56,551 bases of DNA, filler included, from Stramenopiles sp. TOSAG23-2 (GCA_900128395.1; 5 parts of 5 records of this genome joined end to end with filler, not necessarily neighbours in it), one strand, 5' to 3'. Positions 22,984-33,935 are shown, numbered from the whole stretch's first letter. Notes: generated from the letters alone by a model not told the origin. Translations and numbers: made by a program.

Positions 22984-24081
22984 TCACTTCTTTTTATTTC
23001 GTATTACACGTTGTTTACTTTTATTATTCTGTATCCGTCGTCTATTATTATTATTATGCATATTATTTCCATCATTTCTACTACCATTACCCAAACGTGA
23101 AGAACGATGAGCATTTGGATTATCAGTTTTACCCCATCGATTGATTACATTTCCAGTGTTTTGTCCACCACTACTTACATGCATTAATCGAACACTTCTT
23201 TCTGCACGCCCATTGTATGGTCTTGAAATTGGTGGTTGTTTTTGTTGCATAGCACGCATTGCATTCCGTTGTGCAACAATTGATCTATTGTTATTATTAT
23301 TATTATTATTATCAGTTGTTGATGATGATGATATCATTTGAAAATATTGATCTGAATTAATCATTCCACTTGAATACATTTCTTCTGGAGACATACCACC
23401 ATTATCATTATGACTACTAGACATGGTTAACGATTTCATACTGTGACTAATATTGCTTGTTCCTCCTCCTCCTCCTCCTCCTCCTCCATTAAATACACTT
23501 TGTTGAATATCACGATGTTCTGAAAATGGTTTAAATGCCATTCCAACCGTACGTCCTTCACGTCTACGTTCTTCTTTTGATTCAAAAGTTGTTTCATGTT
23601 CTTCATATTTACCATCACAACCTAAACATAAAAAATTAGATGTAAACAATCCACAACTACATGAATTACATGATTTTGTTACCGGGTCATGTAAAGTATG
23701 TGGACACCCACATCTACATTTCGCACGCCAACTATGTACATTAAAACCACGACGACGAACTAACCACCAATCACCAACTTCTTCTGGTCGTTTAGGAATA
23801 TATTCAAAACATTTACATTTACATTTTAAACAAGATGGTAATCTATCTTTCATTCTATGGTCAGAGAAATTGTGTCCACAAAAACAACGTGATTTATGAC
23901 CAACACGTGCACAATCTTGTTGATTACGTTTGCTTCTCCATGTTATGTATACACCCGTTTTAATAGCAAGTTGTGCTGCTAACATTTCTTCATCTATCAT
24001 TTTTCTACCACCAGCTGCAACACCATGTTTCGCTAATCCTTTTTTAATTGCAGGTATTGTCGTTGCTGCATTTCCTAACAT
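22984..24081 (-). CDS. FAM221: FAM221A/B-family Cys/His-rich protein
   Basis: DCARVGHKSRCFCGH, CKCKCFEYIP, WRAKCRCGCPHTLHDP, CLGCDGKYEEHETTFESKEER. Confidence 0.85.
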   Translation of the reverse strand: MLGNAATTIPAIKKGLAKHGVAAGGRKMIDEEMLAAQLAIKTGVYITWRSKRNQQDCARVGHKSRCFCGHNFSDHRMKDRLPSCLKCKCKCFEYIPKRPEEVGDWWLVRRRGFNVHSWRAKCRCGCPHTLHDPVTKSCNSCSCGLFTSNFLCLGCDGKYEEHETTFESKEERRREGRTVGMAFKPFSEHRDIQQSVFNGGGGGGGGGTSNISHSMKSLTMSSSHNDNGGMSPEEMYSSGMINSDQYFQMISSSSTTDNNNNNNNNRSIVAQRNAMRAMQQKQPPISRPYNGRAERSVRLMHVSSGGQNTGNVINRWGKTDNPNAHRSSRLGNGSRNDGNNMHNNNNRRRIQNNKSKQRVIRNKKK

Positions 24082-24804
24082 GATGTTTTAAAATTATTTC
24101 TTGTTTTTTTCTAATAATATTTATTATCCGTACATATAAGACTGTTTAGTATTAAACTGGATGTGATTAAGAAAGATTATAATATATATTATTTATAAAA
24201 TCTGTTTTTGATATATAAATTCAACGTCTTACAAAGCAGTTCTATCTATTTCAAAATATAATATTTGTAATATATATAATAAATATAATAATAATAACGT
24301 CCAAAAAAAAAGCTAAAGCCAAAAGCCCAAAAGCCCAAAATTAAATGGATTTCCCTTATATTATTTCCGGGATTTATTCTCCCGACTATCCCTAATTTAA
24401 AATTCTAATTCCACTATACCTGTGGTACTCTGTATTGAAATAACTAAATAAAATATGGTAGGAATATTACTACTATCAATATATACGAGAGTCGTGTTTC
24501 CAACATGTTTAAATGATGTGGTAATGATACGTGCATACTGGCATACCCTGCTTCAGTTTGTTTCGTTTGTTTGTTCCACGTGTGCACATTTGCCTTTTGG
24601 TCTCAAAACAAACCGTTACATTTTTTTTCATCTATTTTTAGTCCGAATTATAACTAAAGAATTCCATGGCAACTTTTGGCCAAAATTTTTTGATAGGAAC
24701 TTACGATATTACTATACGACTGTTTGGTGTTGGCTTGGAACAACATTTGCGTTGGAATAATAAGTAAGAATGTAGAATATGGAATGTAAACATATATAGA
24801 TATA

Positions 24805-25161
24805 GTGGTAGATATAGTACGTGGTATCTTGACATGGTTCATGTTCCGTATTATATTACAAAAATCGATCAAACAATCAATGAAATTATTGCACGTAGAC
24901 ATTAATTTTGTATTTCAAAGTGTCAATAAAATTCGAGCCATTTTAGCATTGGTAACCGCATGCACTAAATTGGGAAGAAAGGCTTCCAAAGTGCAACCTA
25001 CGAATGATATTATGGAAATTAAAGATACCGTTGATAGCGTAAAGGATGACGTGGGTGACATCAAAGACTCAGTGAAGAAACTGAACAAAAGGGAAGAACT
25101 GCTAAGAGAGAAAGAAAAAAAGAAAGAAAAAACTCCTGTTATTCAAACATTCGATATCTAG
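24805..25161 (+). CDS. Hypothetical membrane-protein-like C-terminal fragment or pseudogene
   Basis: 118-aa ORF with hydrophobic start and heptad tail (IKDTVDSVKDDVGDIKDSVKKL); I could not find a frame-compatible splice to the upstream ORFs. Confidence 0.3.
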   Translation: MVDIVRGILTWFMFRIILQKSIKQSMKLLHVDINFVFQSVNKIRAILALVTACTKLGRKASKVQPTNDIMEIKDTVDSVKDDVGDIKDSVKKLNKREELLREKEKKKEKTPVIQTFDI

Positions 25162-25983
25162 GCCAACGTTCTATTATCTCACATTTATGTGCCCCACAAA
25201 ACTAGCTTGGGGCTTGGGAATTCAAAGACGTTCAGGGATACCTACAACGGATTGGGGATTCCACTACGCATATTTGTTTTAAAACCATCTTCATAATCAT
25301 TTCACTTTAAACTGTGTATGCGAGAAGAGTCACGATATATATATATACTCTACCGACGGTAGTGGGATATCAAAAAATATAAATTCTATAAAAAATAAAA
25401 AAAAATTATTATCCTCCGAAGTTGTTTTTAAGGGTTTTGTCCAAAATTACTACTTGCGAGATGTAACTATATTTTTGAATTTATTCTAGCTAGGCCGTAA
25501 TAGCATTAGAAACATGATACTAAGCCTATTTGTATGATAGCCAATACCACCAGTTTCAGCGATCATTCTTTGATTTTTAGAATATCTTTTTCTTTTTACG
25601 CCACATTATACCAGGTAACATCATACGCACAGTATAATGTATAATCAGCACAGTGCTTTTCATCGTGATCTATTTTAATTTATTCAGGTTCATCTGAAGG
25701 TTTGTAATGCTATTTACCTATTATTATTACTCGCGCCGAAACTTCTTCTGCTTTTGAAAAAAAATCATTTTTACAAAATTTATAATACGATGTACACAGC
25801 ATTAGACTAAATCGAGAGAGCCTCACATTTTTCATTTTCTATACTGTATATATATCTATCTCTCTCTCTCTAGATACACACACACATAGAGTGTGATCAT
25901 CATACATGTAGATATAGATATAGTATTATTATTCAATAAAGAAAGAATATATCAACAAGAATAAAAAAAAAAAACCAACAATC

Positions 25984-27432
25984 ATGAAATTTGCAGTATT
26001 ATGTTTATTTGCATTAGTTGCTGTATGTGCAGCTAAAGAAGGACGTCAATTGAAATTGATGACTTCTATCACTATCGATTTAGACAGTGAGGAACATACC
26101 CCAAAAACAAAATGGGCAGCGTTCAAATCCGTATTTAACAAAGTATACAACACTTTGGAAAAAGAAGCAAAAGCAATGGAAGCATTCGCAGTAAATGATG
26201 CATTCATCGTTGCACACAACAAAGAAGGACATTCATACACCGTTGGCCATAACGAATTCTCTGACATGACCAACGCAGAATTCAAAGAAACAATGACTGG
26301 ATACAAAACCAAAGATAGCTACTTGCGCCGTACTAAAAATGTTGACGAAACATTAAATGCTAAATTTGCATCTGCACCTGATAGTGTAGATTGGAGCACA
26401 AAAGGTGCTGTAACCCCAATCAAAAACCAAGGACAATGCGGTTCATGCTGGGCATTCTCAACTACTGGTTCCACCGAAGGTGCATACGCAATTGCAAGTG
26501 GTAAATTAGTTAGTTTATCTGAACAAGACTTAGTTGACTGTGATAAAGTTGACCATGGTTGCCAAGGTGGTTTAATGGACAATGGTTTTGATTTCATCAA
26601 GAAGAACGGTGGTATTGCAACTGAAGAATGTTACCCATACACTGCAGCTGACGGTACATGCAACACGAAATGTGCACCAGCTGTTACTATCACCGGACAT
26701 ACCGATGTTAAACATATGGACGAAAAAGCACTTGTAGCAGCTATTGCTGGCCAACCAGTTAGTGTAGCAATTGAAGCTGACAAACCAGCATTCCAATTTT
26801 ACAAATCTGGTGTATTTGATAACTCTGGTTGTGGTACACAATTGGACCACGGTGTATTAGCAGTTGGTTACGGTACCGACTCTGGTAAAGATTACTACAA
26901 AGTTAAAAACAGTTGGGGTGCAACATGGGGTGACCAAGGTTACATCATGATTATCCGTAACAAAAATATGTGCGGTATCTCCCAAGAACCATCCTTCCCA
27001 ACAGGCGCAAAAAAAGCATCCGGCCCAGCTCCAGGACCATCCCCAGGCCCAGCTCCAGGACCATCCCCAGGCCCAGCTCCAGGACCATCCCCAGGCCCAT
27101 CCCCAGGACCACCAGGAAAAACCCACTATGGTGATCCATTCGACGGTCCATGCATGAGCGGTGAAGTTAATGTAACTGTTACCGGTGTTGCTGGTTCATT
27201 TTGCTCCCCAGAATGTACACTTGGTATCTTTTGCCCAAAAGACGTACCAGCAGGCGTAACGGCAAAACCACAATGTGCATTACAAGACCAAAAAACACAA
27301 TCCAAATACTGTGCATTGATCTGCTCCCCAAGTACTGATGAATTATCCTTACGTGCTGGTGATGCACAATGTGGTGCTAAAGCAAGTTGTAAAGCAATCA
27401 GTGGTGTTGGCTTATGTACTTATGATGAATAA
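25984..27432 (+). CDS. Cathepsin L-like papain-family (C1A) cysteine protease with Pro-rich linker and Cys-rich C-terminal extension
   Basis: Signal peptide, I29 prodomain (NEFSDMT), QGQCGSCWAFS, LDHGVLAVGYG, VKNSWG. Confidence 0.97.
   Translation: MKFAVLCLFALVAVCAAKEGRQLKLMTSITIDLDSEEHTPKTKWAAFKSVFNKVYNTLEKEAKAMEAFAVNDAFIVAHNKEGHSYTVGHNEFSDMTNAEFKETMTGYKTKDSYLRRTKNVDETLNAKFASAPDSVDWSTKGAVTPIKNQGQCGSCWAFSTTGSTEGAYAIASGKLVSLSEQDLVDCDKVDHGCQGGLMDNGFDFIKKNGGIATEECYPYTAADGTCNTKCAPAVTITGHTDVKHMDEKALVAAIAGQPVSVAIEADKPAFQFYKSGVFDNSGCGTQLDHGVLAVGYGTDSGKDYYKVKNSWGATWGDQGYIMIIRNKNMCGISQEPSFPTGAKKASGPAPGPSPGPAPGPSPGPAPGPSPGPSPGPPGKTHYGDPFDGPCMSGEVNVTVTGVAGSFCSPECTLGIFCPKDVPAGVTAKPQCALQDQKTQSKYCALICSPSTDELSLRAGDAQCGAKASCKAISGVGLCTYDE
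27022..27114 (+). repeat. 24-nt coding tandem repeat (GPAPGPSP)x3 plus partial copy
   Basis: ggcccagctccaggaccatcccca at 27022, 27046, 27070. Confidence 0.95.
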
Positions 27433-27988
27433 ATGAATTATTATTCAGATTTTTTATTTAATATATAGATATATATACTGATAGAAATCAAAAGAACAAA
27501 CGTTCTTATCATTTGTTATATACAGTATATACACGCATTACTAATATTTAATTTATATTTCAAAATTTAACATCGCAATATGCATTTTAAATTAACGTAT
27601 AATTGAATATATGCATATTATTATGAAACGGTACATGAAATATATATCAGTTTTAATATATATATTTCTTGGCGTGTTCGGCTTAAAAACGAAATGAGAA
27701 AGAATGCAAACAAACAAACCAAACAAAGAAAAATATTTTTAAATGAAAAGTGAAAAGAAAAATTTATGTGCACATGATGTGTGTATTTAAATTTTAATAT
27801 TTGGCTTGAAGAGAGATTATTTTTACAAGAAGAAGAAGAGTATAAAAATATTTATCCTCAAACTATACCATATATTTACATTTAAAAAGTCTTTTTACAT
27901 TTTGGAAAAATGTACGAGTATAATATTATATACGAAAATATATTACACATACATTTACACACACAACCACAATATTATACGAAGAGAT

Positions 27989-28185
27989 TCAATCTTCATC
28001 TTCTGAATCTATGATATCATCATTTTCATCAAAATAATTTGCAATTCCGCCTTTTGAACAAAAAAGATCAATGATCTCTTGATGACGAATTGGACTATAT
28101 TAATATCTCATTAACACGATATTATAGTAACAATTGTCCAACAGAGTTTCTCCATCGATGTTCTCCTTATTCATACAAATGTATA
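27989..28185 (-). pseudogene. Degenerate ankyrin-repeat C-terminal remnant
   Basis: MNKENIDGETLLDNCYYN, then SPIR in a second frame and KEIIDLFCSKGGIANYFDENDD...* after a further frameshift. Confidence 0.45.
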
Positions 28186-28347
28186 CCCCTCTCGCATCTC
28201 GCATACCACATTATATACACACACGCACATATATATAAAATTACAAATTAGTAATGTACGGTGTTTCAGTTGTTTGTTTTTCACATGATTTATGATATAT
28301 ACAAATGTATCAGCACGTCTTATATCACATAATATATATTAATAAAT

Positions 28348-29070
28348 CTATATCTCTCTCTTTGTACTCTTTAGCGGAGCATATTTTTGAAACAATTGTT
28401 CTTGCTCAGCAGCTAATTGTGCTTCTTCTTCTGGTGTCAATTTTTTCTTGAAAAACTTTCGTTTCTTTTTAGCTCTAGCCTTTGCTTCGTTTCGTGATAT
28501 TTTTTTCGAAAAAGCATATTCGTTTTTCCTCTTTTTCTTTATCTTCTTTTTAACATTATTATTATTATTATTATCTACAGGTACAGTTGTTGTTTCTTCA
28601 TGCTTTACCAGTACCTTCTTACGTATTATCTGCGATGAAGATCCAGTATTTTTTTTAAGACGGAAATCACTTTCTTCGGGAAGAATAACTGCTTTTACTT
28701 GTTTCACTACATATTCTTTATATTCAGTTAACCCTAGATCATCTAACGCACGAATAACAAAATCAGCGTTAACATATTTTCTTTTTTTCATTTGTCCTTT
28801 TGTATTTCCATCTTTAAAGCATACATCTCCACTTTCAGAAGCAACCATTTCGATAAATTCGACGCAGCATGTATGTAACATTTGCAAAAATTTCTTCTCT
28901 AAAATCATTCTATTGATGTTACCCTCTATTTCATGTTTTTTCTTTTTCTTTTTCCTTTTTTTTTTATTATTAGTTGATGTTGAATTTTTATTTAATTCAT
29001 CTTTTATCATATCATTGCCAATATTTCTTACCACCTTTCGCAATGCATCAATTGAAATATTAGAATCCAT
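28348..29070 (-). CDS. DR1: NC2-beta/Dr1-like histone-fold protein
   Basis: CCVEFIEMVASESGDVC, YVNADFVIRALDDLG, C-terminal PEEEAQLAAEQEQLF. Confidence 0.8.
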   Translation of the reverse strand: MDSNISIDALRKVVRNIGNDMIKDELNKNSTSTNNKKKRKKKKKKHEIEGNINRMILEKKFLQMLHTCCVEFIEMVASESGDVCFKDGNTKGQMKKRKYVNADFVIRALDDLGLTEYKEYVVKQVKAVILPEESDFRLKKNTGSSSQIIRKKVLVKHEETTTVPVDNNNNNNVKKKIKKKRKNEYAFSKKISRNEAKARAKKKRKFFKKKLTPEEEAQLAAEQEQLFQKYAPLKSTKREI

Positions 29071-29418
29071 CTTACTTTTGGAATAAATATTTCTTTCTTT
29101 CTGTCTCCTCTTTATATATGTTAATTTTTGTCAAACGCTTCTCAGTAATGGATTATAGTACATAAATACATTGCATTTTATTTGCTTTCGCATTTTATTA
29201 TAATGTAGTATGCGTTTGTTGTTATTTCATTTATTTATTATTCTTCTATTAGTACCTGGTGGTAATATATAAATTCAAAATTTATTAGATTTAATAAAAA
29301 TTCAATTTTATAATAATAATAATAAAGTAAAAGTATAGAAAAAATAGACAAAAACTTAAACTTCAGAAATAGAAAACAAAGATACAAACAGACACTTTTA
29401 ATTTTTCAAAAAAAATCA

Positions 29419-31320
29419 ATGAAAACAATAACTATGTATCATAATTTCAACATTTTATTAATAATAACAGTTTTTATTTTTTTACTATCACAAGGTTTGT
29501 CACATGCAAAAGAATGGCCTTTTAATTATTCCGCAATAAATGTCTGGCCATTGCCAATAAATGTAACTTTACCATCTAATCCACTTGGGCCTCACGTAAT
29601 AAATATTGCAGAGGCAACAATTGACCCATCATGTGATATACAAATAGCTACACTGGCAACAGAAGCATTGCACCTTGCCACGGTATTTTTAGCACCTGTA
29701 CAAACATATGCAGAAGAGCCATACGCAACTCGTCGCAACGCTGAATGTACAAAACGTTGCATGAAAGATATGGATTGTAATAATGGAAAATGTTATGTAA
29801 AATCAAATATAAGATGGAATTCTACCCATCCATGTTCACCATCTTCTGCTTTTAATGCACCATGTGGATGTTGTACTACCTCACCATCGTTACCCGAAAT
29901 TAATGAATTGATAATAAATTGTAATACCCCAAGTGCTTTTATAAATAATAATAATGATAATAAAGATACCTATAAAAAAAACAATAATTTTGTAAAACAA
30001 GAAATGTATGAAATTGATATATCTAATAATAACAAGATAATAATTAATTCCTATTCATCGCACGGAGCTGCAAATGCCCTTAGTACTTTAGCTCAAATAT
30101 TTCGATATGATACGATATTGAAAAATCATGTGGTAGATATTGTCCCGCTTTATATATTTGATGCACCATTGCATGAATGGCGTGGGTTTATGTTAGATAC
30201 TTCAAGGCATTTTATTCCAAAAAGTATTATATTGAATTTAATTAAAGCAATGAGTGCATCGAAATTAAATGTTTTTCATTGGCATATGGTTGATTCTCCA
30301 TCGTTTCCTTATGAATCTGAAAAATATCCTGAATTATCAAAAGAAGGTGCATGGGGTCAATCCATGAAAAATGTATATACAAAAGAAGACATACAAAATG
30401 TGGTTGCATACGGGAAGAATAGATATGTTAAAATTATGATAGAAATTGATACACCAGCCCATACGCTTTCTATTGCTAGGAGTCATCCTGAAATGATGCC
30501 TGACGGTTGTTTCGAATGGATGGCTAATTCACAATATAAAATTGATGTCGATTCAGATGATTGTATGGCAATTGACCCAACGAATGATGCTGCAAGGACA
30601 ATGGTTGCCAACTTACTTCAAGAAGTTGCTGAACTAGTTGGAGAGGAAGGAACACATATACATATAGGAGGAGATGAAGTGAAATTCGATTGTTGGAGAG
30701 CCTCTGAAGCAATCAATAATATCGTGACAAAACGTTATGGAAATACTAGCGATGCTTCTTTTTCCATGTTACAAGCAGAATGGACAGCTAATGTTACTGG
30801 AAAAGCTATTATTGATGCAAAGAAAAAAGTCGTATTGTGGCAACCAACTACATTAGGTCCAGGGGATCCAGCATGGGATGGAAAATTACCTAAGGATGCC
30901 GTATATATGGTCTGGTTGAATGAGGAAAGTGCAGCTGCATATGCAAATTCTGGATCAGATGTTATTGTTACAACTCCATATTATGTAGCTGGAATGGGTT
31001 CATCTGGTTGGTTAGATGTGTATAATGCTGATTTGTTACCATCGGGTTTAAAGCCTGGTGCGGAAAAACATATATTAGGTGGTGAAATATGTATGTGGGG
31101 TGAAAGTTTAAATCAAGGAAATTTAGCAATGCGTAGTTTACAAATTGGAGCAGCTGCAGCAGAGCCATTTTGGCGCAAAAACAATAAAGGCAGTGGCCCC
31201 GGTTCCCCAAATGGTGTTGGTTTATCTGATCGTTACAACAGATTTCTATGCTACCTTTCCCGTTTTGGTATAGAAGTACCTCCAATTATGCCAAGTTATT
31301 GCGATGTTGTTGTTGGTTGA
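29419..31320 (+). CDS. Beta-N-acetylhexosaminidase (GH20), secreted/lysosomal
   Basis: Signal peptide, VWPLP, WRGFMLDTSRHF, LNVFHWH, EIDTPAH, HIGGDEV catalytic pair, ILGGEICMWGE. Confidence 0.96.
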   Translation: MKTITMYHNFNILLIITVFIFLLSQGLSHAKEWPFNYSAINVWPLPINVTLPSNPLGPHVINIAEATIDPSCDIQIATLATEALHLATVFLAPVQTYAEEPYATRRNAECTKRCMKDMDCNNGKCYVKSNIRWNSTHPCSPSSAFNAPCGCCTTSPSLPEINELIINCNTPSAFINNNNDNKDTYKKNNNFVKQEMYEIDISNNNKIIINSYSSHGAANALSTLAQIFRYDTILKNHVVDIVPLYIFDAPLHEWRGFMLDTSRHFIPKSIILNLIKAMSASKLNVFHWHMVDSPSFPYESEKYPELSKEGAWGQSMKNVYTKEDIQNVVAYGKNRYVKIMIEIDTPAHTLSIARSHPEMMPDGCFEWMANSQYKIDVDSDDCMAIDPTNDAARTMVANLLQEVAELVGEEGTHIHIGGDEVKFDCWRASEAINNIVTKRYGNTSDASFSMLQAEWTANVTGKAIIDAKKKVVLWQPTTLGPGDPAWDGKLPKDAVYMVWLNEESAAAYANSGSDVIVTTPYYVAGMGSSGWLDVYNADLLPSGLKPGAEKHILGGEICMWGESLNQGNLAMRSLQIGAAAAEPFWRKNNKGSGPGSPNGVGLSDRYNRFLCYLSRFGIEVPPIMPSYCDVVVG

Positions 31321-31538
31321 GTGAAAAAAGGACACGCGATACGCGAACCTTGGGTAAAAAATTTATATATAATACGAAGTACGTACGAAGCGTTCGTAAA
31401 AAAAATCTACCAAGCGGAGACACTATTTTTATTACCACACGTAATGTATGATATAATAAATATGATAATGCATAATCATATGAATATGATATGATATGGA
31501 AAAATATGTACTTTTTACGAGTACTCGTTACAATGTCC

Positions 31539-33935
31539 CTAATCCTCCTCCCACCATTCATTCGTATCCTCTAACAAAACATCCATAACGTTTCTGCTAC
31601 GAACATCTTCTTCCTCTGCTGGTTCATCTTCTACTACGATATTCTCCTCTAAATTTATCGACGATGATGCTTCAACTTCCATCTCTACCAATTCATCCAA
31701 TTTTCTTCTTCTAGATCCTTTTGTAAAGATTTTTTCAATAATCTCGTCTACTTTTTCCTCCATCTCTAGGTTCATTGCATCAAATTTCATTGCCTCTCCT
31801 ATTAATCGATACAAACGCGTATTTCGATGTAAATGGGTACGTTCAAATATCTTTTGTAAATGTTTAAGTAAATCTGTTTTCTCAAACATGGAATCAACAA
31901 CTTCATGCATCATATGCTTTGCTTCTTTCTTCCATACTGATTGATCGCCATTTCCAGAAATCAATTCCCGTGGAACTCCAGCTCGAAAACGTTTATCTTG
32001 ATCTATCTTTATACCTAATGCTTTATAATATGCTTCAATTATATGATCATGTCTAAAAAATTCACCCGCACCAAATAAAGCTTCCCATGTTGTTGATAGA
32101 TGAGCATCATTCATAACTTCCACCCCCACAGTTAAATGTATCGATGATTCCATCCAATCCATACTTGATGTTTTCTCTTCATCATTCATTTTTCCATCTG
32201 CATAATATGTTTTTTTCCAAAATACCATGATTGTATTATCTAACCAATTATGAGTAGTTGCTGTGCTTCGGAAATATAACGACAACTCCAAATCGTATAC
32301 AAATCCACGTTTTACCATTTGTTGAATTACATAAGGATTGTCTTGTTCATTACAATGCCCTGTACCACCTTGGCCGATCTTAGCCCAAGTTAAAATAACG
32401 CCTTTTCTACTTGCACGTTGTAAATTATCAAAAAATATAGATTCGTATTCTTTCGGAATATGTTCACCAACCTCAACGCTTATGGCCCAATCTTGTACTA
32501 AATTTTTGCTTTGAAAATCGATTTTTGTACTTAAATCCATCCAACACATATGTGGCACAACATATGTGTTTCTATTTGTAAGCAATCTAACTTGTTCACC
32601 TACGAACTCTTCAATATTTTGACCGCCATCAAATCCATGCCATTCAATATTAGAATCAATGTTCTTTAGATAAAAGCCTAATTGTCCAATACCAGCTCCT
32701 AAATCAATTACGGATTGGCCATCCAAAAAATCATTGATGGCATTACCAAAGCCACTGTCAAATTCAACATGATTTTTAAAAATAAAATCCTTTGTATAAA
32801 ACCATCCACCATTGTCTTGTATTTTTCCAGATGCAGATTTCTCTAATAGTACCTCATCTTTTCCATCATTCTTCGGTTTAAATGGGCATGTTTTTTCCAC
32901 TCTATTATTATTACGTTTTTTGTTTTCATCGTTTATTGTAGGAGGCGTTGATGTTGTATGCAAACAACCACGTGGTACAAATAATATATCACCAGGATTT
33001 AATACAACATCTAAAAAAGGTTTTCCTAAATCTGATATATAGACTTCATCACCTTCATCGCGCCCTCTTATATGACGATATCGCACGGGTAATTCTAGTT
33101 CATCGTACATCCATAATCTCCAACGTTTTTTCCCATGTAATTGTACCATAAATGACCCTTGGAAATCCGTATGTGCACTTAATGACTTTTTAACATTTGG
33201 TGGAGTTATGTACATATTGATATTAACAGGACGTTGGCTCGAACGAGACAATTGGAATGCGAATCGTGCAGCAAATTTATCAGAACGTTGTATACCAAGA
33301 AATTGTAAAGTATAACCAAACTGCAATGCACGTATAATATCTCTCTCATCATGGTTTTCTCGTTTACTTTCCATACGATTTGCAAATGTTTTTTTCATAT
33401 AATTAATATTTCGGAATGGAGGTGTATTTATTCTATTTTTTGAATAGACATAACTACTCTTTGCAGCAGTTGTTAGTATGGTACGGAATGTAATTTCAGA
33501 ACAAATTGAGCAATTGTTTATTAAATGTATCAACAATGGGTTTTTTTCCCAATAGACGGAGCTAAAATTACCATTATATACAAATTTATGAAATGCAACT
33601 AAATCATTTAATTCCATTTCATTATTATAACTATTGTTAGTTTCAACAAACTTCTTTACATCAGATGGTATAAATCGATCTCTTTTACCAGTTGCTGCAT
33701 CTGTATCTTTGTTTTCAGCAATTTCATAAAAATTATTTGGAGATAACTGTGCATTCAATCGATTATTATATCTAAGTGGAGGCAATGGAAAACCTTTGAA
33801 TTTTTTAAATTTTCCAATATTATTATTATTATCAATACTAGCATCAACATTGTAGTTAAAAACTAATGCATCTAAATTTTCTAAAACACGCAAATTAATT
33901 GGTTCTAATTTATACGCTCGTTTAAAAGCTTTCTC
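31539..33935 (-). CDS. JmjC/cupin-4 (NO66/MINA53/ycfD-like) oxygenase with inserted class I SAM methyltransferase; 5' partial
   Basis: NMYITPP, HTD, QLHGKKRWRLW, LNPGDILFVPRGCLH, SIHLTVG; VIDLGAGIG, SVEVGEHIP, GQGGTGHCN; frame open to the linker (EKAFKRAYKLEPINLRVLENL, TPR-like). Confidence 0.88.
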   Translation of the reverse strand, partial: EKAFKRAYKLEPINLRVLENLDALVFNYNVDASIDNNNNIGKFKKFKGFPLPPLRYNNRLNAQLSPNNFYEIAENKDTDAATGKRDRFIPSDVKKFVETNNSYNNEMELNDLVAFHKFVYNGNFSSVYWEKNPLLIHLINNCSICSEITFRTILTTAAKSSYVYSKNRINTPPFRNINYMKKTFANRMESKRENHDERDIIRALQFGYTLQFLGIQRSDKFAARFAFQLSRSSQRPVNINMYITPPNVKKSLSAHTDFQGSFMVQLHGKKRWRLWMYDELELPVRYRHIRGRDEGDEVYISDLGKPFLDVVLNPGDILFVPRGCLHTTSTPPTINDENKKRNNNRVEKTCPFKPKNDGKDEVLLEKSASGKIQDNGGWFYTKDFIFKNHVEFDSGFGNAINDFLDGQSVIDLGAGIGQLGFYLKNIDSNIEWHGFDGGQNIEEFVGEQVRLLTNRNTYVVPHMCWMDLSTKIDFQSKNLVQDWAISVEVGEHIPKEYESIFFDNLQRASRKGVILTWAKIGQGGTGHCNEQDNPYVIQQMVKRGFVYDLELSLYFRSTATTHNWLDNTIMVFWKKTYYADGKMNDEEKTSSMDWMESSIHLTVGVEVMNDAHLSTTWEALFGAGEFFRHDHIIEAYYKALGIKIDQDKRFRAGVPRELISGNGDQSVWKKEAKHMMHEVVDSMFEKTDLLKHLQKIFERTHLHRNTRLYRLIGEAMKFDAMNLEMEEKVDEIIEKIFTKGSRRRKLDELVEMEVEASSSINLEENIVVEDEPAEEEDVRSRNVMDVLLEDTNEWWEED

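Noticed and set aside
25350-25362. CTACCG-A-CGGTAG palindrome and possible transposon remnant upstream of cathepsin
   Set aside because: No matching terminal repeats or TSD found; a 6-bp stem is within chance
28448-29086. 212-aa Phe/Leu-rich ORF and many similar short antisense ORFs
   Set aside because: Shadow frames of Lys/Asn/Glu-rich real genes
6812-31320. LysM protein + cathepsin + GH20 as a peptidoglycan/chitin digestion cluster
   Set aside because: The LysM gene is on a different contig; cathepsin and GH20 are separated by NC2-beta, and two hydrolases alone do not demonstrate clustering
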